DNA of 64,000 nt from the NCBI GenBank assembly GCA_963709345.1, contig CAVPVX010000002.1:64001-128000 (forward strand), given 5' to 3'. Numbering within the stretch: the stretch's first letter is position 1; each line of letters begins with the position of its first letter. The position numbers and the translations under genes were made by a program. The stretch is from an uncultured Actinomycetes bacterium. GTDB taxonomy: Bacteria > Actinomycetota > Thermoleophilia > UBA2241. The notes under the pieces are model-generated. The model ran no database searches, had not been told where the DNA came from, and saw only the letters and a list, made by a program, of their open reading frames with translations. This document shows, piece by piece, positions 43,982 to 56,208 of this stretch.

Positions 43982-44640
43982 GACGGGCCCGCCCCTTCCA
44001 GGACGACCCGCACGACCACGGTCACGACCTCGTCGAGCGTCATGTCCGACGTGTCGACCTCGATCGCGTCCTCGGCGCGGCGCAGAGGCGCGACGGCGCG
44101 CTCCGTGTCCCGCCGGTCGCGCTCCATCACCGCCTCCAGGACGTCGCCGGGGTCGACCTCGTCGCCCTTGGCCCACAGCTCGTCGGCGCGGCGCCCCGCC
44201 CGGATCTCCGGGCGCGCCGTGAGAAAGATCTTGACCGCCGCGTCGGGAAACACGTTGGTGCCGATATCGCGCCCTTCCATCACGGTATCGCCGCCGGCGC
44301 CCAGCGACCGCTGGCGCTCCACCAGCAGGGCGCGCACGGCCGGCAGCGCCGAGACGCGCGACGCGGCCGTGCCCATCTCGAGCGTGCGTATCGCATCGCC
44401 GACGTCGCGGCCGCCGGCGAACAGCCGGCCGGAGGCGTCAAAGCGCAGTTCGACGGACTCGGCGACACCCAGCACGGCGGCCTCGTCGTCCAGAGGCACG
44501 CCCGCCTCGGCCGCCAGCAGGCCCACGGCTCGGTACATCGCGCCCGTGTCGAGGTACAGGTACCCGAGTTGCTCCGCGGCGCGGCGCGCCACCGTGCTCT
44601 TGCCCGAGCCCACGGGACCGTCGATGGCCACGACGGTCAT
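43978..44640 (-). CDS. cmk: Cytidylate kinase
   Basis: AIDGPVGSGKST, DTGAMYR, EGRDIGT, RD..D..R. Confidence 0.96.
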   Translation of the reverse strand: MTVVAIDGPVGSGKSTVARRAAEQLGYLYLDTGAMYRAVGLLAAEAGVPLDDEAAVLGVAESVELRFDASGRLFAGGRDVGDAIRTLEMGTAASRVSALPAVRALLVERQRSLGAGGDTVMEGRDIGTNVFPDAAVKIFLTARPEIRAGRRADELWAKGDEVDPGDVLEAVMERDRRDTERAVAPLRRAEDAIEVDTSDMTLDEVVTVVVRVVLEGAGPS

Positions 44641-45749
44641 GCCACTTCCGCCCGGGTGCTGACCTCGAAGCCCAGGCTGCCGAGCACGTGAGCGGCACGC
44701 GCGCAGACGTCGCTTCCGAGGACGTAGACGGTCAGGGTGCCGCCCAGCTCGGCGCTCATGTGATGCATGGCGAGGTCTTCGACGTTGATGCCGGCGTCGC
44801 CGAGCGCCACCATGATCTCCTGGAACACCCCGGGCCGGTCGCTCACGGGGATGATGAGGCGGTACAGGTCACGCGCCGGCAGGCTGCCGGCCGCGAGCAG
44901 ACGCTCACGCTGCTCCGCGGCGCGGGCGATCGTGCCGCCGAGCTGCTCGGCGTCTCCGGCGGCCAGCGCCTCCAGCACCTCCTGAAGGCCGTCCTGGAAG
45001 GTCGCCAGAGCCGCGAGCATCGCGGCACGGTTCTCGAGGAAGATGTCGGTCCAGACACGGCGGTTGCTGCCGGCGATGCGCGTGAGGTCGCGGAAGCTGG
45101 GGCCGGCGGAGAGCAGCGCGTCGCGCGCGCCCGCGTGCTGGCCTGCCTGGCTCATCAGGATGTTGGCCAGCACGTGCGGCAGGTGACTCACCACCGCCAT
45201 GACCCGGTCGTGCTCTTCCGGGTCGACAGCCACCGGACTGGCGCCGATCTCGCCCAGAAACCCGTACAGAAGCTGGTAGGCGTCGGCGTCGACGTGCGCA
45301 CCGGGCGTGACGAAGTAGGTCGCGCCCTTGTACAGCGAAGCGCGCGCGTTGGCGACCCCTGCGGTCTCCGACCCGCAGAGGGGGTGTCCGCCGATGCAGC
45401 GCCGCTGTTCGGACGGCGTCAGCGCGCGCATGAGCGCCCCCTTCGTGCTGCCGACGTCGGTGACGACCGCGTCCCGCGGCGCAGCCGCGAACGCGGCTTT
45501 GACGTGTCCCACCACGAGCCGGACCGGCGTGCAGACGAAGACCAGGTCGGCGCCGGCCACAGCCTCTTCGAGAGTACCGCAGGCGTGCGTCACAGCGCCG
45601 CGCTCGAGCGCCAGATCGAGCGTCTCCCGCGTCTGGGTGAACCCGCGGACCTCGCCGACGCCGGCACGCTCGCGCGCGGCAAGGCCCAGCGAGCCTCCCA
45701 TGAGGCCGACGCCGACGAGCGCGACGGTATCGACGCGCCTGTCGTTCAC
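44637..45749 (-). CDS. tyrA: Prephenate dehydrogenase with C-terminal ACT domain
   Basis: GVGLMGGS, DVGSTK, GGHP, HD...SHLPH, FRDLTRIA; DRPG ACT motif. Confidence 0.92.
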   Translation of the reverse strand: MNDRRVDTVALVGVGLMGGSLGLAARERAGVGEVRGFTQTRETLDLALERGAVTHACGTLEEAVAGADLVFVCTPVRLVVGHVKAAFAAAPRDAVVTDVGSTKGALMRALTPSEQRRCIGGHPLCGSETAGVANARASLYKGATYFVTPGAHVDADAYQLLYGFLGEIGASPVAVDPEEHDRVMAVVSHLPHVLANILMSQAGQHAGARDALLSAGPSFRDLTRIAGSNRRVWTDIFLENRAAMLAALATFQDGLQEVLEALAAGDAEQLGGTIARAAEQRERLLAAGSLPARDLYRLIIPVSDRPGVFQEIMVALGDAGINVEDLAMHHMSAELGGTLTVYVLGSDVCARAAHVLGSLGFEVSTRAEVA

Positions 45750-45753
45750 GGCG

Positions 45754-46770
45754 TCAGACGACCCTCTTGCCGGTCCAGCGCGCAAGATCGAGGACACGGC
45801 CGGCGTACTCGCCGAATACGGCCGTCGGCAGCGACTGGGGCCCGTCGCACAGGGCGTGCTCCGGATTGGGGTGCGTCTCCACCAAGACCCCGTCGGCACC
45901 GGCGGCGACGCCGGCCAGCGAGAGCGGGAGCACCAGATCGAGGCGCCCGGCCGAGTGACTCGGGTCGACCACGATCGGCAGGTGGCTGGCGAGTTTGACG
46001 ATCGGGACCGCGCTGACGTCGAACGTGTTGCGCGTCGCCGTCTCGAAGGTCCGGATACCGCGCTCGCAGAGGATCACGTCGCGGTTGCCCTCCTTCACCA
46101 CGTACTCCGCCGCCATGAGGAGCTCTTCGATCGTGGTGGAAGGACCGCGTTTGAGCAGCACCGGCTTGCCGGTCTTGCCGAGCTCGGCGAGAAGCAGGAA
46201 GTTCTGCGTGTTGCGGGCGCCGACCTGCAGCACGTCGGCGTAGTTGCACACGACGTCCAGGTCGCGCGGGTCCATCACCTCGGTGACCACCGGCAGACCG
46301 GTGTCGTCGCGCGCGGCGGCCAGCATGGCCAGACCCTCTTCGCCGAGACCCTGGAAGGCATACGGCGAGGTGCGCGGCTTGAAGGCGCCGCCGCGCATCA
46401 TGTGGCCGCCGGCTTCCTTGACGGCGCGCGCTGCCTCGAGGACCTGCTCCGGTGTCTCGACCGAGCAGGGTCCGGCGATGAGCGCGAAGTGGCCGCCGCC
46501 GATCTTCACGCCGTTCACGTCGATGACGGTGTCTCGCTGCTGGAACTCGCGGCTGACGAGCTTGTACGGCCGCAGGATCGCCACCACGCGATCGACCCCC
46601 GGCATGGCCTCGAGAGGCAGCTGCGTCACGGCCTCGCGGTCGCCGATGACACCGACGACGGTGACGCGCTCGCCCGACGAGATGTGGGCGCTCGCGCCCG
46701 CTTCCTCGACGCGCGCGATCACGTTGGCGACCTCCTCTTCGGTCGCCGCCTCGTGCATGATGACCATCAT
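45754..46770 (-). CDS. aroF: Type I-beta DAHP synthase with N-terminal regulatory domain
   Basis: IAGPCSVE, FKPRTSPY, LLKRG, CERGIRTFE, DPSH. Confidence 0.93.
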   Translation of the reverse strand: MMVIMHEAATEEEVANVIARVEEAGASAHISSGERVTVVGVIGDREAVTQLPLEAMPGVDRVVAILRPYKLVSREFQQRDTVIDVNGVKIGGGHFALIAGPCSVETPEQVLEAARAVKEAGGHMMRGGAFKPRTSPYAFQGLGEEGLAMLAAARDDTGLPVVTEVMDPRDLDVVCNYADVLQVGARNTQNFLLLAELGKTGKPVLLKRGPSTTIEELLMAAEYVVKEGNRDVILCERGIRTFETATRNTFDVSAVPIVKLASHLPIVVDPSHSAGRLDLVLPLSLAGVAAGADGVLVETHPNPEHALCDGPQSLPTAVFGEYAGRVLDLARWTGKRVV

Positions 46771-46772
46771 GC

Positions 46773-47903
46773 TCAGCTCGGCCTCCCTTCATCGACTTCC
46801 CGCCCGCCCGCCTCGAGAGAGGCCAGCTTGCGCAGGAAGAACTCGATCTCGTCTTCTGTACCCACGCTGACGCGGGCCCACCCGGGACACCCGAGCGCAT
46901 TCCCGTCGCGCACGATCGCGCCCATCTCGAGGAGCGCCCCGCAGACCTTGTCGTGCGGATGCTGCAGGTCTCGCGTATCGACGAGCATGAAGTTCGCCTG
47001 GCTCGGCACGCTCCCGCGCCCGCGCTCTCGCAGGCGCGCCGCAAGATGCCCGCGGAGCCGCGCGTTCTCGTCGCGCCTCATCGCCACCTGAGCGCTCAGA
47101 GGCAGCGCGGCTAGCGCGGCGACCTGCGCCACACGGCTGACGTTGAAGGGCTGCCGCATCTTGTCGATCGCCCCCGTGATCTCGGGGTCGCACAGACCAT
47201 AGCCGACGCGCAGACCGCACAGACCGTAGATCTTCGAGAAGGTGCGCAGGACGACGACGTTGTCGTGCGCCTTCTGGATGGCCAGCGCGCCCTGGCTGTC
47301 GTCGGCGGTGACGAACTCATTGTACGCCTCGTCGATGATGATCAGCACGTCCTCCGGCACCGACTCGACGAGCTTCTCGACGGCGGCGGCGGGAACGTAC
47401 GTGCCACTGGGGTTGTTCGGATTGCAGACGATCACGAGCCTCGTGCGAGGCGTGAGCGCGGCCGCCATGGCCTCGAGGTCGTGGGCGAAGTCGACGAGCG
47501 GCACCGCCACCGGCACGGCCTCGTGCCGCAGGCAGATGTCGTTGTACACGACGAACGAAGGGTCGGCGAACACCACCTCGTCGCCCTTCACGAGCACGGC
47601 GTCGCCCAGCAGCATGAGCAGTTCGCACGAGCCGGCGCCGACGATCACGTTCTCCGGGGTGCGCGCGTAGCGCTCCGCCAGAGCGGCGCGCAGGTCGGTG
47701 CTGAAGCCGTCCGGGTAGCGATTCAGGTCGTCGAGCGCGTCGACGACGGCCTGCTTGACCTCGGGAAACGGGGGCAGAGGGTACTCGTTCGAGGCGAGCT
47801 TCACGACCTCGCTGAGCCCGAAGCGCCGCATGACGAGCTCGAGCGGCAGGCCGGGCTGATACGCCGTCATCCGCTCAAGAGCCGGGATCAGTCGTACGCC
47901 CAT
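46773..47903 (-). CDS. hisC: Histidinol-phosphate/aromatic aminotransferase
   Basis: KLASNE, RYPD, CNPNNPSG, DEAY, RTFSKIYGL.GLRVGY. Confidence 0.92.
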   Translation of the reverse strand: MGVRLIPALERMTAYQPGLPLELVMRRFGLSEVVKLASNEYPLPPFPEVKQAVVDALDDLNRYPDGFSTDLRAALAERYARTPENVIVGAGSCELLMLLGDAVLVKGDEVVFADPSFVVYNDICLRHEAVPVAVPLVDFAHDLEAMAAALTPRTRLVIVCNPNNPSGTYVPAAAVEKLVESVPEDVLIIIDEAYNEFVTADDSQGALAIQKAHDNVVVLRTFSKIYGLCGLRVGYGLCDPEITGAIDKMRQPFNVSRVAQVAALAALPLSAQVAMRRDENARLRGHLAARLRERGRGSVPSQANFMLVDTRDLQHPHDKVCGALLEMGAIVRDGNALGCPGWARVSVGTEDEIEFFLRKLASLEAGGREVDEGRPS

Positions 47904-47907
47904 GCGC

Positions 47908-48282
47908 TCACTCCGGCAGGTCGAGGCGCAGCTGTCGCGCGCCGTGCAGGTAGACGTGGTGGACGGCCCGGTCCCGAGGCACGTACACGTGCATGAGCAC
48001 CCGGATGCAGCGCTCGATCGCGCCGTCGACCACGATCTCCTGGCAGCAGAGCAGAGGAGTCTCCGAGAGGCCGACGCCCCGCGCCGCCGCGGCGGGGAAG
48101 CCGGCGCGAAGGTCCGGCGTGGCGCTGAAGATCGCACTGACGACCTCGTCGACCGCGAGCCCGTTGCGCTCCAGGATCGCCGTGACGAGCTCACCGGTGC
48201 GATAGCCGATGGCATCGCTCGTGTCACGGACGACGGTCGTCGCGCCGCGGATCGCGCGGAGTCGCTCCGAGGATTCGGTCAT
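47908..48282 (-). CDS. aroH: Chorismate mutase, AroH class
   Basis: RAIRGATT, FPA.AAR, CIRVL, HVYL.GA..LR.DL. Confidence 0.93.
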   Translation of the reverse strand: MTESSERLRAIRGATTVVRDTSDAIGYRTGELVTAILERNGLAVDEVVSAIFSATPDLRAGFPAAAARGVGLSETPLLCCQEIVVDGAIERCIRVLMHVYVPRDRAVHHVYLHGARQLRLDLPE

Positions 48283-48312
48283 GTGGGAAGAGGGCGCATA
48301 GGGAACGAAAGA

Positions 48313-49137
48313 CTATACACCCGCAAGACCTTCGTCCGCGGCTTCGACGGGCGCGGCTTCGGCAGCCAGCGGCACCGGTGGCCCCTCCACCTCCTGCGAG
48401 ACCTCGCCGTCGACCGACTCACCGGCGCGGCGCAACGACTCGACCTCCTCGGCCGACAGCTGACGGTGTCCACCGGGCTCGAGGCCCTTGTCGGTCAGCG
48501 TGCCGTACCGGCGGCGGCTCAACTCCTCGACCGGCAGGCCCACAGCCGCGAACATGCGCCTGACCTGGCGCTTGCGACCCTCGTGGATGGTGAGCTCTAC
48601 CAGCGCCGTCTTCGCGCTCTGCTTCCTGAGCTTGGCGTCCGCGGGTGCGGTCGGCCCGTCTTCCAGGTCGACTCCCTGGCGGAGCGTGCCCAGTGCCCGG
48701 CGGCTGACCTTGCCACGCACCCGCGCGACGTAGGTCTTGGGGACGCCGTAGCGTGGGTGCATGAGCTGGTTCGCCAGCACGCCGTCGTTCGTCAGAATGA
48801 TGAGGCCGGTCGTATCGACGTCGAGGCGCCCGACTGGGAACAGCGCCCGGCCGCCGGGGACCATGTCGACGATGACCTTCTCGGCGTGGGGGTCGCTGCG
48901 CGTGCTGGCCACGCCGCGCGGCTTGTTGACGAGGACGTAGCGCAGCTCACGAGCCTCGACCGGCTCGCCGCGCACGGCGACGACGTCGTCAGCGCCGACC
49001 TTCTGGCGCGGGAAGGTGACCACTTCGTCGTTCACGGTCACGACTCCCTCGCGGATCAGCTCATCGCACGAGCGCCGGGAGCCGACTCCCGAGCGAGCGA
49101 GGAACACGACCAGATTCATTGGCTGGGCGGGGCTCAT
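48313..49137 (-). CDS. rluB: RsuA-family pseudouridine synthase (RluB-like)
   Basis: S4 domain (GVGSRR), NKP.G, PVGRLD, EGRKRQVRRM; follows scpB. Confidence 0.88.
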   Translation of the reverse strand: MSPAQPMNLVVFLARSGVGSRRSCDELIREGVVTVNDEVVTFPRQKVGADDVVAVRGEPVEARELRYVLVNKPRGVASTRSDPHAEKVIVDMVPGGRALFPVGRLDVDTTGLIILTNDGVLANQLMHPRYGVPKTYVARVRGKVSRRALGTLRQGVDLEDGPTAPADAKLRKQSAKTALVELTIHEGRKRQVRRMFAAVGLPVEELSRRRYGTLTDKGLEPGGHRQLSAEEVESLRRAGESVDGEVSQEVEGPPVPLAAEAAPVEAADEGLAGV

Positions 49138-49709
49138 AGCCCTCTCCTCTCAGCGTTGGCGTGGAGGCGTGAGCGGATCTCCTCTACCTCGTCCGCGCGC
49201 AGGGCGAACTCTTCGAGCGGCGGCAGCTCCGCACGGCCGGACAAACCGAAGAGCTTCAGGAAGCGTTCTCCCGTGCCGTACAGGATCGGCGCTCCCGGGG
49301 TGCCGGCCCGGCCCTGCTGCTCGACCAGGCCGCGCTCTTCCAGCGACCCGAGCGCCCACTCCGACGAGACGCCCCGTACCTCGGCGATCTCTGCCCGCGT
49401 GAGCGGCTCGAGATAGGCGACCACGGCGAGCGTCTCGAGCAGCGCGGGGCTCAGATCCTCCGGTCGCTCAGCGCCGGTGAGGCGCCGTACGTCTTCCGCG
49501 CACTCCTCGGTGACCGCGAACGTCACGCCACCGGCAATGTCCCGCACAAGAAGCCCGTGGCGACCTGCGGCGTACTCCTCGCGCAGCTCCGCGAGGGCCT
49601 CCGCGACGTCGTCCTCTGAACGCTCGCAGGCCGCGGCCAGACGAGCGACCGAAAGAGGACGCGATGATATGAAGAGGAGCGCCTCGAGGCGCGTGGTGAG
49701 CGATCGCAT
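49134..49709 (-). CDS. scpB: SMC-Scp complex subunit ScpB
   Basis: LEALLF, LS.ALLETLAVVAY..P.TR.EI..VRGV, G.P.LYGT...FL..FGL. Confidence 0.93.
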   Translation of the reverse strand: MRSLTTRLEALLFISSRPLSVARLAAACERSEDDVAEALAELREEYAAGRHGLLVRDIAGGVTFAVTEECAEDVRRLTGAERPEDLSPALLETLAVVAYLEPLTRAEIAEVRGVSSEWALGSLEERGLVEQQGRAGTPGAPILYGTGERFLKLFGLSGRAELPPLEEFALRADEVEEIRSRLHANAERRGL

Positions 49710-49767
49710 GCTGGCCTGTGTCGAGTGCCGGGACGCGGTCGATGCTACCGCACACCGCCGTCCGGCG

Positions 49768-50577
49768 TCACCCGGTGGCGACGGCGGCCCTGCTGACGAA
49801 GATATCGCCGAAGTGCCGCGTCTGCCGGAGGCGAGCCTCGCCGGCGGAATGCAGTTCCAGCAGAGCGAAGAAGGTGACGGCTCGCTCGAGCCTGTCCGCA
49901 GGCGCCACCTCGGCGAACGTGAACTCGCCCTCGTCGCAGAGGATCAGCCGCAGCCGGCGAAGCTCCTTCACGAGCGAGACGGCGAGATCGGCCAGGTGGC
50001 TCGTATCCGGCACGGGCGGCTCGCGCAGGAGCGGCGCCAGCGCGTCGCCCAGCGCCTGCGCCGGCAGCGCGCCTTCTGCGGCCGGCCGGCGCAGGAGCTC
50101 AGCCGGCACCGGCACACCCCGATACAGCCTGCCGCTGTGCTCGTCCCAGCGAGCGCGCAGGCCTACGGCCGCGGCGCGGAACTGGCTATAGCGCACGAGA
50201 CGCTCGAGGAGCTGCCGCGCGGCCTCGTCCGGGTCGAGATCATCGAACTGCTCCTCGACGTCCTCTTCCAGAAGGAGCCGCGACTTCATCTCGAGCAGGG
50301 CGGCGACGAGCACGACGAACTGCGAGGTGGCGTCGAGATCGAACTCGCCGCTGTCGGCAAGCCGCAGCACGTACTCGGCGATGATGCGCGAGACGCGCAC
50401 CTCCCAGATGTCGATCTCGTCACGCAGGATAAGCGTGACCAGCAGATCGAACGGACCGTCGAAGACGTCGAGGTCGAGGTCGAATGAGCGGCGATCCTGC
50501 GGCGCCCCGCTCGCCGGTTCGCCTGCGGCGGCCAGTCCGACAGGCGGTGTGGCGACGGCGCTCGCTTCAGCGCGCAT
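49768..50577 (-). CDS. scpA: SMC-Scp complex kleisin subunit ScpA
   Basis: FDGPFDLL..LI, KSR.LL, F.ALLEL...Q...FGDI; GGAGG RBS. Confidence 0.92.
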   Translation of the reverse strand: MRAEASAVATPPVGLAAAGEPASGAPQDRRSFDLDLDVFDGPFDLLVTLILRDEIDIWEVRVSRIIAEYVLRLADSGEFDLDATSQFVVLVAALLEMKSRLLLEEDVEEQFDDLDPDEAARQLLERLVRYSQFRAAAVGLRARWDEHSGRLYRGVPVPAELLRRPAAEGALPAQALGDALAPLLREPPVPDTSHLADLAVSLVKELRRLRLILCDEGEFTFAEVAPADRLERAVTFFALLELHSAGEARLRQTRHFGDIFVSRAAVATG

Positions 50578-50686
50578 CGCCGTCACCTCCTCGCTCGCTC
50601 ATGCCGGCGTCAGCCCGTCTCGCCACGCGAGCACGACGTCCGCGAGTCGCCGCCCGCCACTGCGTCCGCGTCGTGCACAGCGCGTA

Positions 50687-51880
50687 TCATTTCTCGGGCT
50701 GATTCACAAAGGACGGGATGTCGAAGGCTCCGCTCTCGAAGTCCGGCGCGGGACCGAAGGGTGTGCCCCGGTCTTCCGCGGGCTCCCGCGGCGCGGCCCG
50801 CCCTGCGGGGGGATCAGCGGACGGCGGCGCCGTGCGCGCCGCCTCCTCTCCGAAACCGGTGGCCACGACGGTGATCGAGATCTTGCCCTCGAGACGCTCG
50901 TCCACGACGGCGCCGAAGATGATGTTGGCGTCGTCGTCGGCGGCCTCGCTGATGACTCCTGCCGCCTCGTTCACCTCGTAAAGCGTCAGATCCTCGCCGC
51001 CGGTGATGTTGAGCAGCAGCCCCCGCGCGCCGTCGATGCTCGTCTCGAGCAGCGGCGAGTTGATCGCCATGTCGGCGGCGGCCTGGGCGCGGTTCTCGCC
51101 GCCGGCGACGCCGATGCCGAGAAGCGCCGTCCCGGCGTCGTGGACGATGGTCCGAACGTCCGCGAAGTCGAGGTTGATGAGGCCGGGCACGGTGATGAGA
51201 TCCGTGATCCCCTGCACGCCCTGGCGCAGGATGTCGTCGGCGTGCTGGAACGCCTCCACGACGCTCGTGTTGCGCTCGACCACCTCGAGCAGCCGGTCGT
51301 TGGGGATCGCGATCACTGTGTCCGCGGCCGCGCGAAGCGCCAAGATGCCCTCGGCGGCCTGTCGCTGGCGGCGGTTGCCCTCGAAGCCGAAGGGCCGGGT
51401 GACGATGGCAATGGTGACCGCACCGAGCTCGCCCGCGACCTGCGCCACGACCGGCGACCCTCCGGTGCCGGTCCCCCCACCTTCGCCGGCGGTGACGAAG
51501 ACCAGGTCGGCGCCGCGCAGCGCCGTCTTCAGCTGGTCGCGGCTGATCTCCATGGCCTCGCGCCCGACCTCCGGGTCGGCGCCCCCGCCGAGGCCGTGAG
51601 TGAGCTCCTGGCCGATGTGGATCTTGACATCGGCGTCACACACGTCGAGCTGCTGAACGTCGGTGTTGACGGCGATGAACTCGACGCCCTTCACGCCCGA
51701 GTCGACCATGCGGTTGATGGCGTTCGTGCCGGCCCCGCCGATGCCCACGACCTTGATGCTGGTGACGTACGGGCGACCCTTGACCGGCGCGTCGGTCCCC
51801 GCGTCGGGAACAGTACCGCCGCTGTCCGTGCGCCGGAAGAGCTCGCTCAGTCCATCCTTCATGCTAGGACGATCTGCCAT
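50687..51880 (-). CDS. ftsZ: Cell division GTPase FtsZ with an N-terminal extension
   Basis: [22 protein letters not shown] signature, [12 protein letters not shown]7 loop, ITVVATG, C-terminal FDIPSF peptide. Confidence 0.96.
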   Translation of the reverse strand: MADRPSMKDGLSELFRRTDSGGTVPDAGTDAPVKGRPYVTSIKVVGIGGAGTNAINRMVDSGVKGVEFIAVNTDVQQLDVCDADVKIHIGQELTHGLGGGADPEVGREAMEISRDQLKTALRGADLVFVTAGEGGGTGTGGSPVVAQVAGELGAVTIAIVTRPFGFEGNRRQRQAAEGILALRAAADTVIAIPNDRLLEVVERNTSVVEAFQHADDILRQGVQGITDLITVPGLINLDFADVRTIVHDAGTALLGIGVAGGENRAQAAADMAINSPLLETSIDGARGLLLNITGGEDLTLYEVNEAAGVISEAADDDANIIFGAVVDERLEGKISITVVATGFGEEAARTAPPSADPPAGRAAPREPAEDRGTPFGPAPDFESGAFDIPSFVNQPEK

Positions 51881-52622
51881 TGAGCACCTCCCGCGCGAGG
51901 GCACGGTACGCTTCTGCTCCCCTGCCGGTTGGATCGTACTTGAGGACCGAGGCCCCCGTCACGGGCGCCTCGGCGAACTTGATGGTCTTGCGCACCACCG
52001 TGTCGAAGACGAGGTCGCCGAAGTTCTCGCGCAGGACCTCGATCGACTCCCTGCCGTGCAGCGTACACGCGTCGAAGAGCGTCGGTAAGATGCCCTTGAT
52101 GCGCACCTCGGGATTGAGATTCTCGCGGATCATCTCGAGCGTCCGCTCCAGCTGCAACAGCCCGCGCAGCGAGAGGTACTCGCACTGGACGGGCACGATG
52201 ACTCCTTCGGATGCAGTGAGCGCGTTGATGGTGAGCAGGCCGAGGCTCGGGGGCGTGTCGATCAGGATGTAGTCGTAGCGCTCACGTACCGCGTCGAGGG
52301 CGCGCTGCAGAGCCCGCTCGCGCCCGATCATCGTCGCCAGCGCCATCTCGGCGCCGGCCAGGTCGATCGTGGAGGCGGCGACGTCGAGTTCGCGCTCGTA
52401 GATGACGTCCTCGATGGGCGTACGATGCACGAGCACGTCGTACATGCTCTTCTCGAGGTCCTCGGTGTCGATGCCCTGACTCATCGTCAGGTTGCCCTGC
52501 GGGTCCATGTCGACCGCGAGCACGCGCAGATCGTGCTCCCGGAGGGCCGCGCCGAGGTTCACCGTCGAGGTGGTCTTCGCCACCCCGCCCTTCTGATTGG
52601 CGAACGCGATGACATGCGCCAT
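51864..52622 (-). CDS. parA: ParA/Soj family ATPase
   Basis: [39 protein letters not shown]. Confidence 0.92.
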   Translation of the reverse strand: MAHVIAFANQKGGVAKTTSTVNLGAALREHDLRVLAVDMDPQGNLTMSQGIDTEDLEKSMYDVLVHRTPIEDVIYERELDVAASTIDLAGAEMALATMIGRERALQRALDAVRERYDYILIDTPPSLGLLTINALTASEGVIVPVQCEYLSLRGLLQLERTLEMIRENLNPEVRIKGILPTLFDACTLHGRESIEVLRENFGDLVFDTVVRKTIKFAEAPVTGASVLKYDPTGRGAEAYRALAREVLNGRSS

Positions 52623-52692
52623 GTGAGCGTTACCCCTGTGTCGACTCCACGTCAGAACGCAGTTCTGTACGCAGGCAAGAATCCCTGCACGA

Positions 52693-52723
52693 CACGGGCC
52701 CCGCAGGTTCTGCGGGGCCCGTG
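52693..52723. terminator. Strong hairpin downstream of yajC (probable terminator)
   Basis: Perfect 14-bp stem CACGGGCCCCGCAG-gtt-CTGCGGGGCCCGTG; no clear U-tract. Confidence 0.55.
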
Positions 52724-52763
52724 GGAGGTTCCTTTGAGATCATCCCGGTCGAGGTCGGGAGCG

Positions 52764-55511
<2,748 letters not shown>

Positions 55512-55515
<4 letters not shown>

Positions 55516-56081
55516 CGCGACCTCTTGCGCGCCGCACGCTGCTGCCACGCGTCCCACTTGCTCGCGGCGCAGCCGCAGTAGGGCTGCCGGTACAGGTCGA
55601 ACCGCCGGCTCTCCGCATAGCTCTGCCGGAACGACTCGCGCAGGTCGAGGTAGACGAAGGTGACGCCGTGCTCGGCGGCAGCCGCTTCGCCGGCCGCCTC
55701 GATGAGATCGTGCCGCTGGTAGGGGCTCACGCTGAGGGTCGTGCTGAACCGAGGTACGCCGAGCCGGGCGGCCGCAGCGGCGGCCGCACCGAGGCGGAGG
55801 CCGAGGCACGTGGCGCAGCGCTCGCCCGGCGTCGCGACCTTGAGCGACGCCTCCCACTCGCGCCACACCGCCACCGGAGCCGGCTCGCATTCCTCTACGA
55901 GTTCGACGCCGGCCGCGCGGCTGAAGCGCCGCAAGCTCTCGGTGCGGCGCTCCACCTCAGCGGCCGGCTGGATGTTCGGGTTGTGGAACCACGCGACGGG
56001 CTCGACGGCGCGATCGCGCCAGGCAGGCACGACGACGGTCGAGCACGGTCCGCAGCACGCGTGCAGGAGCAGATCGGTCAT
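55512..56081 (-). CDS. queH: Epoxyqueuosine reductase QueH
   Basis: LLHACCGPCS, NPNI.P, RC..C, FSTTL..SP, YRQPYCGC; next to queA-tgt. Confidence 0.9.
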
Positions 56082-56208
56082 CGTCCGAGTATAGCGCGAC
56101 GCCTGGGGCGGCTCCCATCCTGGGACGGGTCCGGCCGGACGACCGGCATCCCGCGCTTCACGGCGGCACCGGGCGCCTGAGCGGTTGCGAGCGACTCCGA
56201 CCCCCCGG

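Noticed and set aside
52653-52667. CAGAAC-gca-GTTCTG palindrome upstream of parA as a LexA box or parS site
   Set aside because: The spacer is 3 nt rather than the 4 nt of the GAAC-N4-GTTC SOS box, and it does not match the TGTTTCACGTGAAACA-type parS. It could still be another operator, but I have no support for that.
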